A stretch of 63,355 nt of DNA, the filler included, from Olpidium bornovanus S191 (taxonomy: Eukaryota > Fungi > Olpidiomycota): assembly GCA_017911155.1 (NCBI GenBank). It is 25 parts of 25 records of this genome, joined end to end, with 100 filler letters (N's around TTAATTAATTAA, not from the genome) between each part and the next. Parts side by side here need not be neighbours in the genome. Positions count along the whole stretch, not along the records: positions 59,648 to 63,355 come from JAEFCI010009122.1; 24 more parts are not named here. One strand, given 5' to 3'. Position numbers and translations under genes: made by a program. The notes under the pieces were generated by a model that saw only the letters and a program-made list of their open reading frames with translations, was not told the DNA's origin and made no database searches. Below, piece by piece: positions 61,190-63,355 of this stretch (positions are counted from its first letter, which is position 1; the number at the start of each line of letters is the position of its first letter).

Positions 61190-63355
61190 AAGCTGCCGAC
61201 AGACCCGCCCGCTGATCAGCTAAGCGACCCCTTCAGCAATCGCCCACCGGAAGCTCTTGCAGCCATCCCGGTGGTGATCATGTCGCAGAAAATGCAGCGG
61301 TCGGGTCTGGCCAGGTTTAGAGTCACCGCCATTTCCAAGTTCGTCCAAACGAGGATCGGCCGTGGCACCACAGCTGGCGCGCCGCAGCTCTTCCCATTTG
61401 ATTCTCCCGCTGCCGCGTTCTGCCCTGGCCACTCCAGCCCGTTGGCATCTCTGAGGCGAGCGGTGAATCCCCGAGCGCACCTTTTCACCTGTCCCAAATT
61501 GCGACCAGAATGGACTGCGACTCATCGTATAAAGGCTCTCTGAACGCCAACCAAATCTTGTCGGGTAGGGCCTGAACGTTGTGCTTGATTTTATTGGCGT
61601 AGGCTAGCTGTTCCTTTTCCTCGAGCTCCTCTTACTGCCAACTCGAACTCGGCCAAAATGTCCTCAGGCGTCTCCTGCTCCGTAGTCGAGGTACAAATTC
61701 ACTTGATCAAGGATATTGCCGTGTCCCGGCCCTTGGCCGCCGCGGCAAACGCCGTTCTCAGTCTGGCCTTTTTCCCGGCCCACGACTCGGTGCCGCTCAG
61801 CGCCGCTGTCGGCGACCAAATGGCTGCTCGACGAGCCGTGTCGACGTCGACGGCCAAGGCCCCTACCACGCTCTTGAAGTCCGCGCGTCGAGAACGATCC
61901 CCCCCCCTACTTCGAACGGTTATTCTACTTCCCTGTGTTTTTGGATTTTGCTATCGCTTCGCCTTCGATTGTAGGACGGGCCACGTGCGGACCCCAATTT
62001 TCTTTCCTTTTGCTTTCCCATCCCGGTATGTTTTTTTTGTCCTTCTTGCACGTCGATCTGTACCCCTCGCTTCGAACGCACTTCGGCTCCGACGAAAAAC
62101 AAAAAGAGACTCGGCGCTCCAAGCGCACCATCAGCCGTCGGGCTTCGATCCGTGTCGCATCGGAGACCTTCGTTAAAACCGTCTCGGCAGCGTGGGCCGC
62201 CGTGTGGATACTGGGCGCGTCCGACCGCTCTTTTTTTTTCGTCGCTTCTCTTTTCGGCTTCGGTGTCGACGTGCCGGAGCGCGTTCCGGTTGAGGTCGAC
62301 CCGGGGTGGTGACTTGACGCTCTACCGCGGCCCCCCACCGCCCTGTGCCCTCTGCGGGCCTGGCACCGGCTCCCCTTGCCCTCCGTCGGCTTCTCAACCT
62401 CGGGGTTGGAGAGAGGCGACACCGCGCGTGCCTTGGCCTCAACCCTCGAATCAAAAGTCATGAGGAAGTAGTGACTGAGCTCCTCGTCTGTCAGTTGCAG
62501 AACCCTCATCCCAACTTGAAACATCGAGGAGGTACGCGGTGATTTCGTTCCCGACAAATACACATTTTACCCAAGTCAATCCAGAAACAACCTCTGGATG
62601 TTCTTGCGCATCCTCCTGTCGTCTGTCCGCTCATGGCGGAGCGCCGCTCTTTCTCGCTCAACGGCCGACCGTTCAAGTTCGATCTCTCTTGCCTGGTGCT
62701 CTGGTCAAGTTCGCGCGGCACCTGATCTAAAGAGGTCGCGAGGATTGCCATGTCGTCGCGCGTGGCCAGCACCGGGCTGTCCGGCTGCGCTGCGTGTCTG
62801 TGCGTGCTTCCTGATGGGCACAGCCGGTATTCCCCCCTTGCGAAAAGCCTGGCCCTGGGTGGTCTGAAAATTTGAGTTTGTGCGCTCGGGGACCTCCCCG
62901 GTGTCGCTAGCATCCTTTCTCCTCTCTCTCTCTCCCTTTCTTTCCGTCAGCTTCAGCCTTCGAGAGGAAACTGGCATCAGCCCTCGCGAGTCGTCGCGTT
63001 AGAGGGGTATACCCGTCTTCTATCCCTCTCTTTCGCCGGCTAAGATATGGTACAGGAAAAGGTACGCGGATGGGGAAGAGTGCGAATCGTTGGCAAGAAG
63101 GGTTTTCTTGTGTGCGCGCGCCGCGCCCACTGCGGCGCATTCGGGAGCGAGCCGCCGGGACTGCAAGGACCTTCCAGCTTCTCTACACCCGGCGGAACCT
63201 ACCTGCAGAGCTGGAAAGCTGGGCGGCCCCAATTCATGGAAGCCGCATACTCCGGGATAACCAGCTCTGCGGTTTTCCAGGGGATGGTGGACACTTTAGG
63301 AGAAGCATTCAACATGGTTTCCCAGCGTCTGGTGGGCATGTCTTTCCACAGACAG
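61190..63355 (-). CDS. Probable multi-exon gene of unknown function, convergent with the HELLS-like gene
   Basis: Several coding-like exons with GT/AG ends (EYAASMNWGRPAFQLCR|ENPSCQRFALFPIR; VLQLTDEELSHYFLMTFD; EELEEKEQLAYANKIKHNVQALPDKIW). No family recognised. Confidence 0.35.

Noticed and set aside
62580-63110. TGGCART (Set1 N-SET-like) and ENP..RFALFPI (RNR small subunit-like) motifs
   Set aside because: Only short resemblances; the flanking sequence does not continue either family.

Overview
This window is not continuous genome. It is 25 short eukaryotic contigs (about 1-4.6 kb each) joined by 24 artificial 100-nt spacers (44 N + TTAATTAATTAA + 44 N), so neighbouring genes on different contigs are not evidence of synteny. 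The DNA is GC-rich and intron-rich with long G/C/A/T homopolymers, and most six-frame ORFs are spurious Pro/Gly/Arg/Lys translations. Gene content points to an early-diverging (non-Dikarya) fungus. Recognisable, mostly partial, genes: Ku70, MAK16, an M3A thimet oligopeptidase, YAE1, an NTF2/SnoaL-like protein, an NmrA-like protein, GET3, a frameshift-riddled class III nucleotidyl cyclase, a plant-type (PSPG) UDP-glycosyltransferase, GDP-mannose 4,6-dehydratase, an oxysterol-binding protein, a membrane-anchored pepsin-like protease, a U3-associated-like acidic protein, ARV1, a NIPA-type transporter, an AMT1/MTA1-like MT-A70 DNA 6mA methyltransferase and a HELLS/DDM1-like remodeler. There is also one atypical tRNA gene and Ty3/gypsy and Ty1/copia fragments. 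Best new observations: (1) seven tandem, covarying H-type pseudoknot units starting at the stop codon of a chromodomain ORF, probably a chromovirus 3' UTR (27579-27876); (2) an intact-looking tRNA with anticodon GGG, C33 and a non-Pro body; (3) a recurrent GTCACGTGAC palindrome; (4) the AMT1-like methyltransferase, plant-like UGT and cryptic cyclase. In addition, 18 of 50 contig ends are exactly CATG and one internal CATG joins ARV1 to a copia RT fragment, which suggests restriction-ligation chimeras in the assembly. All calls were made by eye from translation and motif recognition, with no database searches.
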